NCBI GenBank assembly: GCA_964536615.1
Contig: CAZHYG010000001.1
Location: 6,200-70,199 of the forward strand
Reading direction: 5' to 3'
DNA from: an uncultured Gammaproteobacteria bacterium
Lineage (GTDB): Bacteria; Patescibacteriota; Patescibacteriia; Magasanikbacterales; GWA2-37-8
Length of the DNA stretch: 64,000 bases
Shown here: piece after piece, positions 10,506 through 18,415 of the stretch
How the letters are laid out: every line of letters begins with the position of its first letter
Position numbering within the stretch: the stretch's first letter is position 1
Notes under the pieces: model-generated
The model's database searches: none
The model's input: only the letters and a program-made list of their open reading frames with translations
What the model was told of the DNA's origin: nothing
Position numbers and translations under genes: made by a program

Positions 10506-11066
10506 ATGAGTAAAATAAAATATATTTTCCTAGCGGCAGGTTTTTTTATTGGTACAGCAACTATTTTGCTGATTCCAAAAGTATTTGCCCATGAAGGCAA
10601 TAGCGATCCAAATTTAATTCACGGATGTGTGAGTGATTTAACCGGCGCCTTAAGAGTTGTGTCCGCTACCACGACTAGTTGTGGTGCTTTGGAAACAGCT
10701 ATTCATTTTCCGGCAACTTTGTCTAGTGTACCGCCGCTTACATGTCCTGGGTGCGATATGACCGAATCAACACATTTGAGATATAAGGATTTAACAGGTG
10801 CGTGGTTGAGAGGGGCAATTTTATCATACGGCGATTACACAGGAGCTATTTTTACAGATGCGGATATGAGGGATGTCATTGCCGATGGGGCAAACTTTAG
10901 AGATGCAGATATGAGAAATGTGTTCTTTGAGCGCACGGCATTTACAGGTGCGATTGGTATGACCACAACGCTGTTAACGGGTGCCACATGGAGTTCTGTA
11001 AATTGCCCTGATGGTTCAAATAGCAGTGATCATGATAATACTTGTATCGGTCATCTTAGTCCATAA
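10506..11066 (+). CDS. Secreted pentapeptide-repeat protein
   Basis: Signal peptide MSKIKYIFLAAGFFIGTATILLIPKVFA. Tandem pentapeptide-like repeats (DLTGAWLRGAILSYGDYTGAIFTDADMRDVIADGANFRDADMRNVFFERTAFTGA). Confidence 0.65.
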   Translation: MSKIKYIFLAAGFFIGTATILLIPKVFAHEGNSDPNLIHGCVSDLTGALRVVSATTTSCGALETAIHFPATLSSVPPLTCPGCDMTESTHLRYKDLTGAWLRGAILSYGDYTGAIFTDADMRDVIADGANFRDADMRNVFFERTAFTGAIGMTTTLLTGATWSSVNCPDGSNSSDHDNTCIGHLSP

Positions 11067-11104
11067 TTTAAAAATAGAAGCGCATATTTTTATAATATTA
11101 TCAA

Positions 11105-11136
11105 ACTACCCAAACCATTGGGTAGTTTTAATTTTG
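11105..11136 (+). terminator. Rho-independent terminator
   Basis: ACTACCCAA-ACCA-TTGGGTAGT hairpin plus TTTAATTTTG. Confidence 0.65.
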
Positions 11137-11206
11137 TATATTTTAGAATGAGTTTAATATTGACAAAACAATTTATTTTTGCTAGCTTTGGCGTTAAGGG
11201 GGTGCT

Positions 11207-11572
11207 ATGAAAAAAAATCTTAGCGCAGGAGAGGTCCTTGATCTTCTGGTGCTTGACTTGCTGAAAAGATCCGGTGTAGAGCGCGTTGTGTTTCGGCAAG
11301 TGTACGGCAAGTACCAGTCGCTACTGCGCGAGCACATGCTCTATCCGCTCATTGATGCCATTCTGCTGAGGCTGGGAAAGCGATCTACCGGTCGGCGAAC
11401 CGGCGCAACTAGGCGGTTTCTGGCATTTCTCATGAAAGTTCTGGTGAGCGAGCGGGTTGGGATTGCGATACCGGATTTCAAACCCAATGATTTTTCGCGT
11501 TGGGTTGTCTGGGGGAGTCAGATAAAGACCTGGTTGGAAGCAAGGCAAGCCAAAGACGAGAAGGTGCTGTAG
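11207..11572 (+). CDS. Hypothetical protein (121 aa), GC-elevated
   Basis: GGGGGT SD before the ATG; R-rich central segment; followed by a long hairpin terminator. Confidence 0.45.
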   Translation: MKKNLSAGEVLDLLVLDLLKRSGVERVVFRQVYGKYQSLLREHMLYPLIDAILLRLGKRSTGRRTGATRRFLAFLMKVLVSERVGIAIPDFKPNDFSRWVVWGSQIKTWLEARQAKDEKVL

Positions 11573-11675
11573 TATGGTCGCGCAAAAGCCGCCACCATGC
11601 CAATTATGTTCTAAATATTTTGGAATATAATTGGCTGGCGGCTTTTTTGTTTTATTTATTAAACAGATTACTAGA

Positions 11676-11704
11676 TTGACAAAATTGTATGTTTTATTTA
11701 TATT
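11676..11704 (+). promoter_or_regulatory. Near-consensus sigma70-type promoter TTGACA-N17-TATATT
   Basis: gaTTGACAaaattgtatgttttattTATATTcat lies immediately upstream of ORF 11712..11969. Confidence 0.55.
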
Positions 11705-11711
11705 CATCCTT

Positions 11712-11969
11712 ATGAGCAATTCGTCATATTTTGAGCAGTTGGTGCAGAAGCTTATGGCAGGGATAACCAAGGAGACTGGCAGGAGGTTTTTCCCCAGCTA
11801 CATCCTAGGTGGATGGTTTCTGAAAGAGCTCAACAAGCGCTTGGCAACGGAGTTGGGGGTTAACCCAGGTTTGTTGCCGTCGCAACTGCAGGCTCTTGAA
11901 ACGTATTTGCCTTTGGCGGGTAACTGCCTGATGCTCGCAATGGTAGAGCGTCAGTATGGGGAGTTGTGA
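11712..11969 (+). CDS. Hypothetical small protein (85 aa); internal start chosen because the longer ORF begins inside the upstream terminator hairpin
   Basis: ATG at 11712 follows the consensus promoter. The upstream ATG at 11631 sits within the terminator stem. Confidence 0.4.
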   Translation: MSNSSYFEQLVQKLMAGITKETGRRFFPSYILGGWFLKELNKRLATELGVNPGLLPSQLQALETYLPLAGNCLMLAMVERQYGEL

Positions 11970-12048
11970 TGCGGTTGTGTCCAGGTCGCTGTAATTGCAA
12001 AGATTAGATGTGTATATAATTTTTGCAATAGCGATCTGGGTAAATATA

Positions 12049-12080
12049 AACACCTTGGCTAAAATAGCCAAGGTGTTTTA
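12049..12080 (+). terminator. Rho-independent terminator
   Basis: AACACCTTGGCT-aaaata-AGCCAAGGTGTT plus TTTA. Confidence 0.6.
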
Positions 12081-12094
12081 GCGTGTGTTGAAAA

Positions 12095-12117
12095 TGTGAT
12101 ATAATATATATGGAGGT
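12095..12117 (+). promoter_or_regulatory. Extended -10 promoter (TGaTATAAT) plus GGAGGT Shine-Dalgarno for the downstream small gene
   Basis: tgtgaTATAATatatatGGAGGTagcggtATG. Confidence 0.5.
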
Positions 12118-12123
12118 AGCGGT

Positions 12124-12321
12124 ATGCCCGAAGCAAACCAAGAGTATTTGCGGCAGTGCGCGCAAGCCATGTCCGGTGAAGATCTGCTTGCTGCATTTGA
12201 ACGCGAGCTCACACAAGACATCTTCTACAGGGATGGTGGAGAAGATTCTTTGCAGTTGCAATGCTTGCGTGAGGAGTTGTTGAGGCGACTGAAACCTGAA
12301 GGAGAGAGAGGGCGAAGATAG
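12124..12321 (+). CDS. Hypothetical small helical protein (65 aa)
   Basis: Textbook promoter and SD upstream; E/R-rich helical sequence; GC-elevated. Confidence 0.45.
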   Translation: MPEANQEYLRQCAQAMSGEDLLAAFERELTQDIFYRDGGEDSLQLQCLREELLRRLKPEGERGRR

Positions 12322-12442
12322 TGCCGCTAAACATTTGCGCGCACAGAGACTCTTCGCCGTTGTTGTTTAATAGCAAAAATTATTATTAATCATAGAATAA
12401 TTAAATACATTTAGTTATTCTAAATATCGTATTGTATATAAT

Positions 12443-12958
12443 ATGAAAAAAATAGCGTCTGGTTTATTAGTTGGAGCTGTGGTATTGTCTGCCGTTCCGT
12501 TTTTGGTAAAAACCGTATCTGCTAACGATGATGCCAGTTCGGTTTCTGCAAGTTCTTCCACTCAAGATGTGTTGGAGCAAAAAAAACAAGAAATGGAACA
12601 GTTGCGTGAAGCTCAGAAGCAAGAAATGGAACAGAAACGTGAAGAGATGAAACAAGCTCTTGAGCTTAAAAAACAAGAATTAGAAAAAGCGCGTGAAGCA
12701 AAGAAGCAGGAAATGGCACAGAAGCGCGAAGAGATAAAAAAGAAAGAAGAAGCACGCAAAGCTAGAAATGCCGCCTATCGTGCCGCAGTTAAAAAAGCTC
12801 AAGCAGACCACAGGGCTGCGATTGTCGCTGCTAACAAAGCATATCAAGAAGCGTTAAAAGAAGCTAAAAAGTTGCTCTCCGCACCGCTTGTAATAGAAGT
12901 GCCGACATCAACTATGCCAGCCACCAGCACAACTTCAGCATCTTCCACTGCTATCTAG
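12443..12958 (+). CDS. Secreted low-complexity coiled-coil protein with KQEMEQ(K/L)RE repeats
   Basis: Signal peptide MKKIASGLLVGAVVLSAVPFLVKTVSA. Tandem KKQEMEQLREAQKQEMEQKREEMKQ repeats. ST-rich C-terminus. Confidence 0.6.
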   Translation: MKKIASGLLVGAVVLSAVPFLVKTVSANDDASSVSASSSTQDVLEQKKQEMEQLREAQKQEMEQKREEMKQALELKKQELEKAREAKKQEMAQKREEIKKKEEARKARNAAYRAAVKKAQADHRAAIVAANKAYQEALKEAKKLLSAPLVIEVPTSTMPATSTTSASSTAI

Positions 12959-12976
12959 TTTTTAAAAAAATATCAA

Positions 12977-13010
12977 AAAACACCCCGTCAATATGATTGG
13001 GTGTTTTTTT
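12977..13010 (+). terminator. Rho-independent terminator
   Basis: ACACCC-gtcaatatgatt-GGGTGT plus T7. Confidence 0.65.
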
Positions 13011-13023
13011 GTAATAAAAAAGA

Positions 13024-13098
13024 TCCGGACAGTGCGTGGTAAGAGGAGAGGAAACGAAGGAGGGTACGTTTCCTCCTTATACCACACAATGTCCGGAC
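13024..13098. other. Long compound hairpin (~25-bp imperfect stem with a nested inner hairpin), GC-rich; likely bidirectional terminator or structured RNA
   Basis: tccggacagtgcgtggtaagaggag...ggaaacg-aaggagggta-cgtttcc...ctccttataccacacaatgtccgga, located downstream of rplT on the minus strand. Confidence 0.4.
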
Positions 13099-13160
13099 CT
13101 AGTTGTTAATGAAGATATATTACCGATTTTTTTATTTTTGTCAAGATATTCTGTTGTGGA

Positions 13161-13514
13161 TTATTTTTCTGATTTTACAGATTCAGCAATCTTAGCAAAA
13201 ATAGTTTCGTGATGTTGAGCAAGCTGGGAAAGAATTTTTCTATCAAGCTCGATATTGCTCTTTTTGAGGGCGTCTATAAAGCGGCTGTAGCTCATGCCAA
13301 ATTCTCTAACAGCAGCATTGATTTTTACGTTCCAAACGCCGCGGTTAAGGCGTTTTTTGATCTTGCGATCATTGAAAGCATATTGGCCAGCTTTCATTTT
13401 AGCAGGTTTTGCTAATTTGATTTTGGATTTTCTGCCCCAGCGGAAACCTTTTGTATGTTTGAGAATGCCGCGGCGGCGTTTTGCGTGGAGTAAACCACCT
13501 TTGATACGTGTCAT
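13161..13514 (-). CDS. rplT: 50S ribosomal protein L20
   Basis: MTRIKGGLLHAKRRRGILKHTKGFRWGRKS... is a canonical L20 N-terminus; 117 aa. Confidence 0.95.
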   Translation of the reverse strand: MTRIKGGLLHAKRRRGILKHTKGFRWGRKSKIKLAKPAKMKAGQYAFNDRKIKKRLNRGVWNVKINAAVREFGMSYSRFIDALKKSNIELDRKILSQLAQHHETIFAKIAESVKSEK

Positions 13515-13539
13515 AACGTTTTGGTGTTAGTAAGTATTA

Positions 13540-13737
13540 TTAAGCATTTGGTAAGTTGGTTGCCATGACGCGGTTGAGGGTGGTGCTGGCAATAACATCT
13601 GATTTTTTGTTGCGGCCGGTGTTGCCGTTTTCTCGTGCGTTGAAATGGTTTTGGCCAGCAGTGCGTTTAACAATTTTTCCTTTGCTGGTTAATTTATATC
13701 TTTTAGCCGTTGCTTTGTGAGTTTTTAATTTAGGCAT
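13540..13737 (-). CDS. rpmI: 50S ribosomal protein L35
   Basis: MPKLKTHKATAKRYKLTSKGKIVKR; 65 aa. Confidence 0.9.
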   Translation of the reverse strand: MPKLKTHKATAKRYKLTSKGKIVKRTAGQNHFNARENGNTGRNKKSDVIASTTLNRVMATNLPNA

Positions 13738-13766
13738 ATTGTTATAAACAATTATTATATTTAAAA

Positions 13767-14312
13767 TTATTTTTTGGCGATGATCGCGCTCACTTTATTC
13801 ATTTGAAATTCAATATCTTGATCTTTGCGTACCGGTAGGGAAGCATTGACGTTAGATACAAATTTTTCAATAACAGAGGCGGCCATTGGTTTTTGTTGCA
13901 TTTCTCGGCCTTTTAAAATGATTTCTGCTTTTACCTTATCGCCATCGTTTAAAAATTGAATTGTTTGATTTTGCCTGATTTCCATATCGTGCGGAGAAAT
14001 TCGGAGGGAAAGACGAACGCATTTAACTTCTGTTACATGCGCATGAGCTTGTTTTAAACGCTCTTCTTTTTCTTGTTGGTATTTAAATTGTCCAAAGTCC
14101 ATGATTTTTGCCACTGGAGGATTGGATTTTGGGTTGATAAGAACTAGGTCCAACTCCTGTTCTTTGGCCAATGTCATGCCTTTAGCCGGTGGCATAACAC
14201 CCAAATTTGAACCATCGCTATCAAGAACCATAACTTCAGGAACTGTGATGCCGAGGTTAAAAAAATAAGTTCGTTTCGGTTCTGGTTTATGTTTTTTATG
14301 TGAAATACGCAT
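13767..14312 (-). CDS. infC: Translation initiation factor IF-3 (start trimmed to the ATG at 14312; the longer track ORF overlaps tmRNA)
   Basis: IF-3 N- and C-domains present (EVMVLDSDGSNLGVMPPAKGMTLAKEQELDLVLINP...QQKPMAASVIEKF). Canonical infC-rpmI-rplT order. Confidence 0.85.
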   Translation of the reverse strand: MRISHKKHKPEPKRTYFFNLGITVPEVMVLDSDGSNLGVMPPAKGMTLAKEQELDLVLINPKSNPPVAKIMDFGQFKYQQEKEERLKQAHAHVTEVKCVRLSLRISPHDMEIRQNQTIQFLNDGDKVKAEIILKGREMQQKPMAASVIEKFVSNVNASLPVRKDQDIEFQMNKVSAIIAKK

Positions 14313-14354
14313 AAATAATATTTGTGCCACATGATGCCGTACAAGGCATTTCTG

Positions 14355-14772
14355 TGGAGGTGGCGAGAGTTGAACTCGCGTGTAGATAACTATGACTAAA
14401 CCGTCTACATACTTAGTGTCTCTTGGTGTGTCCTGGGCCAATAAAAGAGGACGAAAATTGGCTCAGCGAGCCGAGGAGACTTCACGATGCGATAATCGGC
14501 ATTACCGCCTCGCTACACTCAATGAATAACACCGTGGTTCGGTTATTGAGCATTGCCGATACGATGTCTCAAATCACGAAGGATCTGAGATAACCAGCAT
14601 GGTTCTTAGGCCATTACTGGAGCAAAGTTGGTGCTGAAAGCGTTAGCTACAGCAGACTTTACTTTTGATAACAAGTTTGCACTTATTATGTTGCTCCGTG
14701 TGATTTACGAGGAAAAGAGCTTCCTCGGTATGCAAGTGTAGCCAGAAGCTCCTATCGAAGCCCGGCACCCCC
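14355..14772 (-). ncRNA. ssrA: tmRNA (ssrA)
   Basis: On the minus strand the 5' end is GGGGGTGCCGGGCTTCGA... The 3' end ACGCGAG-TTCAACT-CTCGC-CACCTCC-A gives a tRNA-like T-arm plus acceptor stem pairing with the 5' GGGGGTG. An internal tag ORF starts at a GCA AAC resume context (ANLLSKVKSAVANAFSTNFAPVMA-stop). It lies immediately downstream of smpB. Confidence 0.85.
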
Positions 14773-14779
14773 GTGACCA

Positions 14780-15220
14780 TTAGTTTTTCATTGCTCTACC
14801 TAGCTCTCGTTTAAGCTCTCGTTTTTTGACAGACTCTCGTTTGTCGTAGAGCTTTTTTCCGCGAGCGATAGCCAGTTCAACTTTCACTAATCGTCCCTTA
14901 GTATACACATGCAAAGGCATAATTGTCAAGCCCTTTTCTTTGGATTTTTCCTGTAAATAAGCGATTTGTTTTTTATGGAGGAGAATTTCTCGTGATCTGG
15001 TGGGGTCGTAGTTTGGTAGGGGACCCGCCGCCTTATACTTGTTGATGTGCATGTTGAGTATATAAGCCCTGTTGTTATGAAAGGTAACATATGACCCTTT
15101 TAGGTTAATTTGGCCTGTTTTTGCCGACTTTACCTCTTGGCCAGTCAACACCAAACCAGCCTCCATTTTTTCAAGGATCTCAAATTCAAAAAATGCTTTT
15201 TTATTTTCCGCAAGGCTCAT
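14780..15220 (-). CDS. smpB: SsrA-binding protein SmpB
   Basis: MSLAENKKAFFEFEILEKMEAGLVLTGQEVKS...; 146 aa with a basic C-terminal tail. Confidence 0.95.
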   Translation of the reverse strand: MSLAENKKAFFEFEILEKMEAGLVLTGQEVKSAKTGQINLKGSYVTFHNNRAYILNMHINKYKAAGPLPNYDPTRSREILLHKKQIAYLQEKSKEKGLTIMPLHVYTKGRLVKVELAIARGKKLYDKRESVKKRELKRELGRAMKN

Positions 15221-15320
15221 ATTTATTTTTAATATTAGCAGAAAAATTGATTATTGACAAACAGGCAGGTGTTTTAAGGATAGTTTGCTTTTTCTTATTT
15301 TTTAGGATAAAATAAGAAAA

Positions 15321-16130
15321 ATGTATTCAAAAATAGATATGTTAAAATCTATCTCATTTCATCCCAAGCTGGCGGCCGTAATTGATGTTTTGGTAAATGT
15401 GGCCATGCTGTTTGTGTTTGGCAAGTTAAGTTCCTGGTGGATGGTTTGGGTATGGCTTGGTATACGAGTAGCCATCTGGGCTTTGCTGCTCTGGTCTGTA
15501 TATTATGCAAAAGAGATGAGTCGTGTTAAGCATCTTATTTCTTTAAGCGCTATGCTGGCTGGTATAACGCTTTTTCTATTATTTATAGAGTGGAGATTTG
15601 CCTGGTATGCCTCCGCAGCTCTTTTTTCCTTTTTTTCCTTTTTTAGTTTTTGGCTGCTGCCAGCCTCCGATCTTGGCTTGTCAGTATTTGTCAAACCGCA
15701 TTTGCGCTGGCGTTTTGTAATGTCAATTATTGGTCTGGCTGGAATTTTTCAAGGCATTCAAGCTATCATTTTATTGCAAATTTTACCCAACATTCATCAG
15801 TTAGTATGGTTATCTGTGTCGTCGCTTTGCGCGGCGTTGTTTGCAGGATGGTGGTGGTGGGAGTATAATCCGATGGTTGGTAAAAAAATATGGCTTTCCG
15901 TAGCACTGTGGTTTGTGTTAATATCGGAGTTAGTATGGGTGATAAATTTATTGCCGCTTGGTTATCTGACTGGAAGTTTGGCGCTGGTATGGGTTTGGTA
16001 TGTGCTCTGGCTTTTGTTTAGATTTAATCTTACTCCGGAAGGAGTTCATTGGAGAAAGCAAATTGTATTTTTAAGCAGTAACGCATTTTTATTTATATTA
16101 TTTTTATTTTTTATTTCGTTGTGGAAATAA
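15321..16130 (+). CDS. Hypothetical polytopic membrane protein (W-rich)
   Basis: Multiple hydrophobic helices; no recognised motif. Confidence 0.5.
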   Translation: MYSKIDMLKSISFHPKLAAVIDVLVNVAMLFVFGKLSSWWMVWVWLGIRVAIWALLLWSVYYAKEMSRVKHLISLSAMLAGITLFLLFIEWRFAWYASAALFSFFSFFSFWLLPASDLGLSVFVKPHLRWRFVMSIIGLAGIFQGIQAIILLQILPNIHQLVWLSVSSLCAALFAGWWWWEYNPMVGKKIWLSVALWFVLISELVWVINLLPLGYLTGSLALVWVWYVLWLLFRFNLTPEGVHWRKQIVFLSSNAFLFILFLFFISLWK

Positions 16131-16144
16131 AATTTTAACACGCT

Positions 16145-17206
16145 ATGAATCCTCCTCATCTTCCTCCTAAAAATAATCCAGCCGAATACAATCGTATGTG
16201 GTGGCGTCTTAAATTATTATTTAGCATTACCGCTATCAGTTTGGTGGTGGGTGCCAGCGGCGCTTCCATTATGATTGGCTGGATTTGGCCTCGGTTTGCC
16301 GAAGGTGATACCTGGATTGCGTCGTATACGCTTCAGGGAATTTCTCGTTCGCAGCTAGAGCTTCGGGTGCGAACGGAGGTTGGGGAGCGTATTTTTGCCC
16401 TATATAAAGGTTCTGCTTCAGTGGGCGGCACTAATTATTTAAATAAAAAAATAGGGGACGGCATTATGTTGAGTTCGGATGGCTGGCTTGCTGTGTATCA
16501 GCCCCATTATGATGGTGTTTATAAAAATATTTTTGTAACAGGGCAGAACGGTAATGTGTATCAGGTGGAAAATGCGCTATGGGACAAGTACACTGGCATA
16601 TTGTATATAAAAATTCCTAATGAACAATTTAAGGTTTTTGGATTTGAGGAAGAAAATTATAATCCAGATGAAATTTTTGTGTGGCACAATGACAATTGGT
16701 ATAGGACGCAGGCCTTATACCCGGTGCTTGGATATAAAATGCCTCACATAGATACGGCGCCCGTTGCGGCATATTCGCTTGATGGTAATTTTGTTGCTGG
16801 AAATGCTGCTATCAACAGCCAGGGCAGGTTTGCTGGGTTTGTTTCGGAAAATAATACGCTTGTGCCAAGTTATTACATCACCAGATTTTTATCAAAAATT
16901 TTAAGCGGCCAGCCGGTAGCGTACCCATCTTTAGGAGTTGAAGGCTGGTTTAGCGAAGAACAGAATATTTTTGTGCCAGTAGATGGTGAAAATAAAGTTG
17001 GTAAAAAGATACAAGGCTTTTTGGTAACCGGTTCAGTGGCGGCCAACAGTTTCCGCAAGGGCGATATTCTTATTGAGGTCAATGGAAAAATTGTTACCCA
17101 TGATGATCTGTGGTATACTATTTCTGATAAAGAAAGCGTAAGCGTGAAAATTCTTCGTAACGGCAAAGAACAGATAGTAACTGCTAAAGTACAGCTTGTA
17201 AAATAA
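16145..17206 (+). CDS. Hypothetical membrane-anchored or secreted protein with a C-terminal PDZ-like domain
   Basis: N-terminal TM segment. C-terminus KIQGFLVTGSVAANSFRKGDILIEVNGKIVTHDDL is PDZ-like. Confidence 0.5.
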   Translation: MNPPHLPPKNNPAEYNRMWWRLKLLFSITAISLVVGASGASIMIGWIWPRFAEGDTWIASYTLQGISRSQLELRVRTEVGERIFALYKGSASVGGTNYLNKKIGDGIMLSSDGWLAVYQPHYDGVYKNIFVTGQNGNVYQVENALWDKYTGILYIKIPNEQFKVFGFEEENYNPDEIFVWHNDNWYRTQALYPVLGYKMPHIDTAPVAAYSLDGNFVAGNAAINSQGRFAGFVSENNTLVPSYYITRFLSKILSGQPVAYPSLGVEGWFSEEQNIFVPVDGENKVGKKIQGFLVTGSVAANSFRKGDILIEVNGKIVTHDDLWYTISDKESVSVKILRNGKEQIVTAKVQLVK

Positions 17207-17225
17207 TCTTTAGATTATTAAACTT

Positions 17226-17843
17226 TTGCGTATGTTACATGTGTTGCAAAAACATCTTGCATTGCTAATTGTGTGGGGTTTGGTTTTTAGTTTGCTATCA
17301 ACTGTTACCTCTGTTTTTTTTCCAAAACAATATAGCGCCACCAGTCAAGTTTTAATTATTTCTCGCGATAAAGGCGGCGCAGATCCGTATACCCAGGCTC
17401 GTTCAGCAGAAAAAATAGGCGCCAATTTAGCGCAAATAATCAATACAACCGATTTTTACAACAAAGTAATCTCGGGAGCTTCGGAGCCGTTTGATAAAAC
17501 ACCGTGGACCAGTCTTACAGACCGCCAGCGCCGTAAAAAATGGGCGAAAGATGTCCAGGCAAGCATGCTCTATGGCGTTAGTATTATGAATGTAAAAATT
17601 TATAGTTATAGCCAAGCCGAGGCTGTTCGTTTGTCCAAAGCTGTGGCGCAGACTATGGTTTCGCAAGGATGGGAATATTTGGGTGGAGATGTTGCCATTA
17701 AACTTATTAGCGAACCTCTCGTTTCTCGTTGGCCGGTACGGCCTAACTTAGCAGTAAATGCCGGAATTGGTTTCGCGGCCGGGTTTTTACTGTCTGCATT
17801 ATGGGTGTTGCGCTACAAAAAACATAGTTTATTTGGAAATTAA
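17226..17843 (+). CDS. Wzz/chain-length-determinant-like membrane protein (two TM helices flanking a periplasmic domain)
   Basis: N-terminal TM followed by ...YSATSQVLI... C-terminal TM GIGFAAGFLLSALWVLRY. Topology resembles polysaccharide co-polymerase N-terminal domains. Confidence 0.4.
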   Translation: MRMLHVLQKHLALLIVWGLVFSLLSTVTSVFFPKQYSATSQVLIISRDKGGADPYTQARSAEKIGANLAQIINTTDFYNKVISGASEPFDKTPWTSLTDRQRRKKWAKDVQASMLYGVSIMNVKIYSYSQAEAVRLSKAVAQTMVSQGWEYLGGDVAIKLISEPLVSRWPVRPNLAVNAGIGFAAGFLLSALWVLRYKKHSLFGN

Positions 17844-17864
17844 TTATTTTAATTTTTACTGCAT

Positions 17865-18191
17865 ATGACACATCAATTTGATTTTTTAGAATCATTTATC
17901 CATAAAGTATTAGATGAGGCTGGTTTTGAAAATTTATCCGAAGAAACCAGGTCTCAGTTTGTGCCGATGTTTGTGGCTGAAGCTGAGCGTCGGCTGGGTA
18001 TGACGCTTTTACCATTGCTTTCTGAAAATCAAGCTAAGCAGCTCGTGGAACTCGCTGATCAAAACGGTTCTGCAGAAGAATTGGCTGCTTTTTGGCAAAC
18101 CAGTATTCCGGATTTTGAACAATTAGTCCAACAAACACTGTCTGCGTTCGCTCAAGAATTTAAAAAAACATTGGCCGGTATTGCCAAATAA
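17865..18191 (+). CDS. Hypothetical protein (108 aa)
   Basis: ORF with acidic helical sequence; no family recognised. Confidence 0.4.
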   Translation: MTHQFDFLESFIHKVLDEAGFENLSEETRSQFVPMFVAEAERRLGMTLLPLLSENQAKQLVELADQNGSAEELAAFWQTSIPDFEQLVQQTLSAFAQEFKKTLAGIAK

Positions 18192-18197
18192 TTTTTT

Positions 18198-18407
18198 ATG
18201 GGAGGACTGTTTCCACAATCAGAGTTAGAAGATAGGCAAAAAAAAGCGCAACAAAAATTGCTTCAGCTTAAAGAAGCTTATAATAATTTTATTTATTTTT
18301 GGAACCAGATGGAGCAAGAAGAGAAGGCGTTACTTAAAGATGTACACGAGCATATAGATGAGGAAAAATTGAAATCAGTCTTAAAAAATATTGAACAACA
18401 TAACTAA
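18198..18407 (+). CDS. Hypothetical small coiled-coil protein (69 aa)
   Basis: K/E-rich helical ORF immediately upstream of the giant gene. Confidence 0.35.
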   Translation: MGGLFPQSELEDRQKKAQQKLLQLKEAYNNFIYFWNQMEQEEKALLKDVHEHIDEEKLKSVLKNIEQHN

Positions 18408-18415
18408 ATAATTGT

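Noticed and set aside
12443-12958. KQEMEQ repeat region as a possible tandem-repeat or CRISPR-like DNA element
   Set aside because: The periodicity is at the protein level (imperfect 27-30-nt coding repeats within an ORF with a signal peptide), not a non-coding array.
14313-14441. Upstream extension of the infC ORF to 14441 in the six-frame track
   Set aside because: It overlaps the 3' end of the tmRNA gene. An in-frame ATG at 14312 gives a normal-length IF-3 (181 aa).
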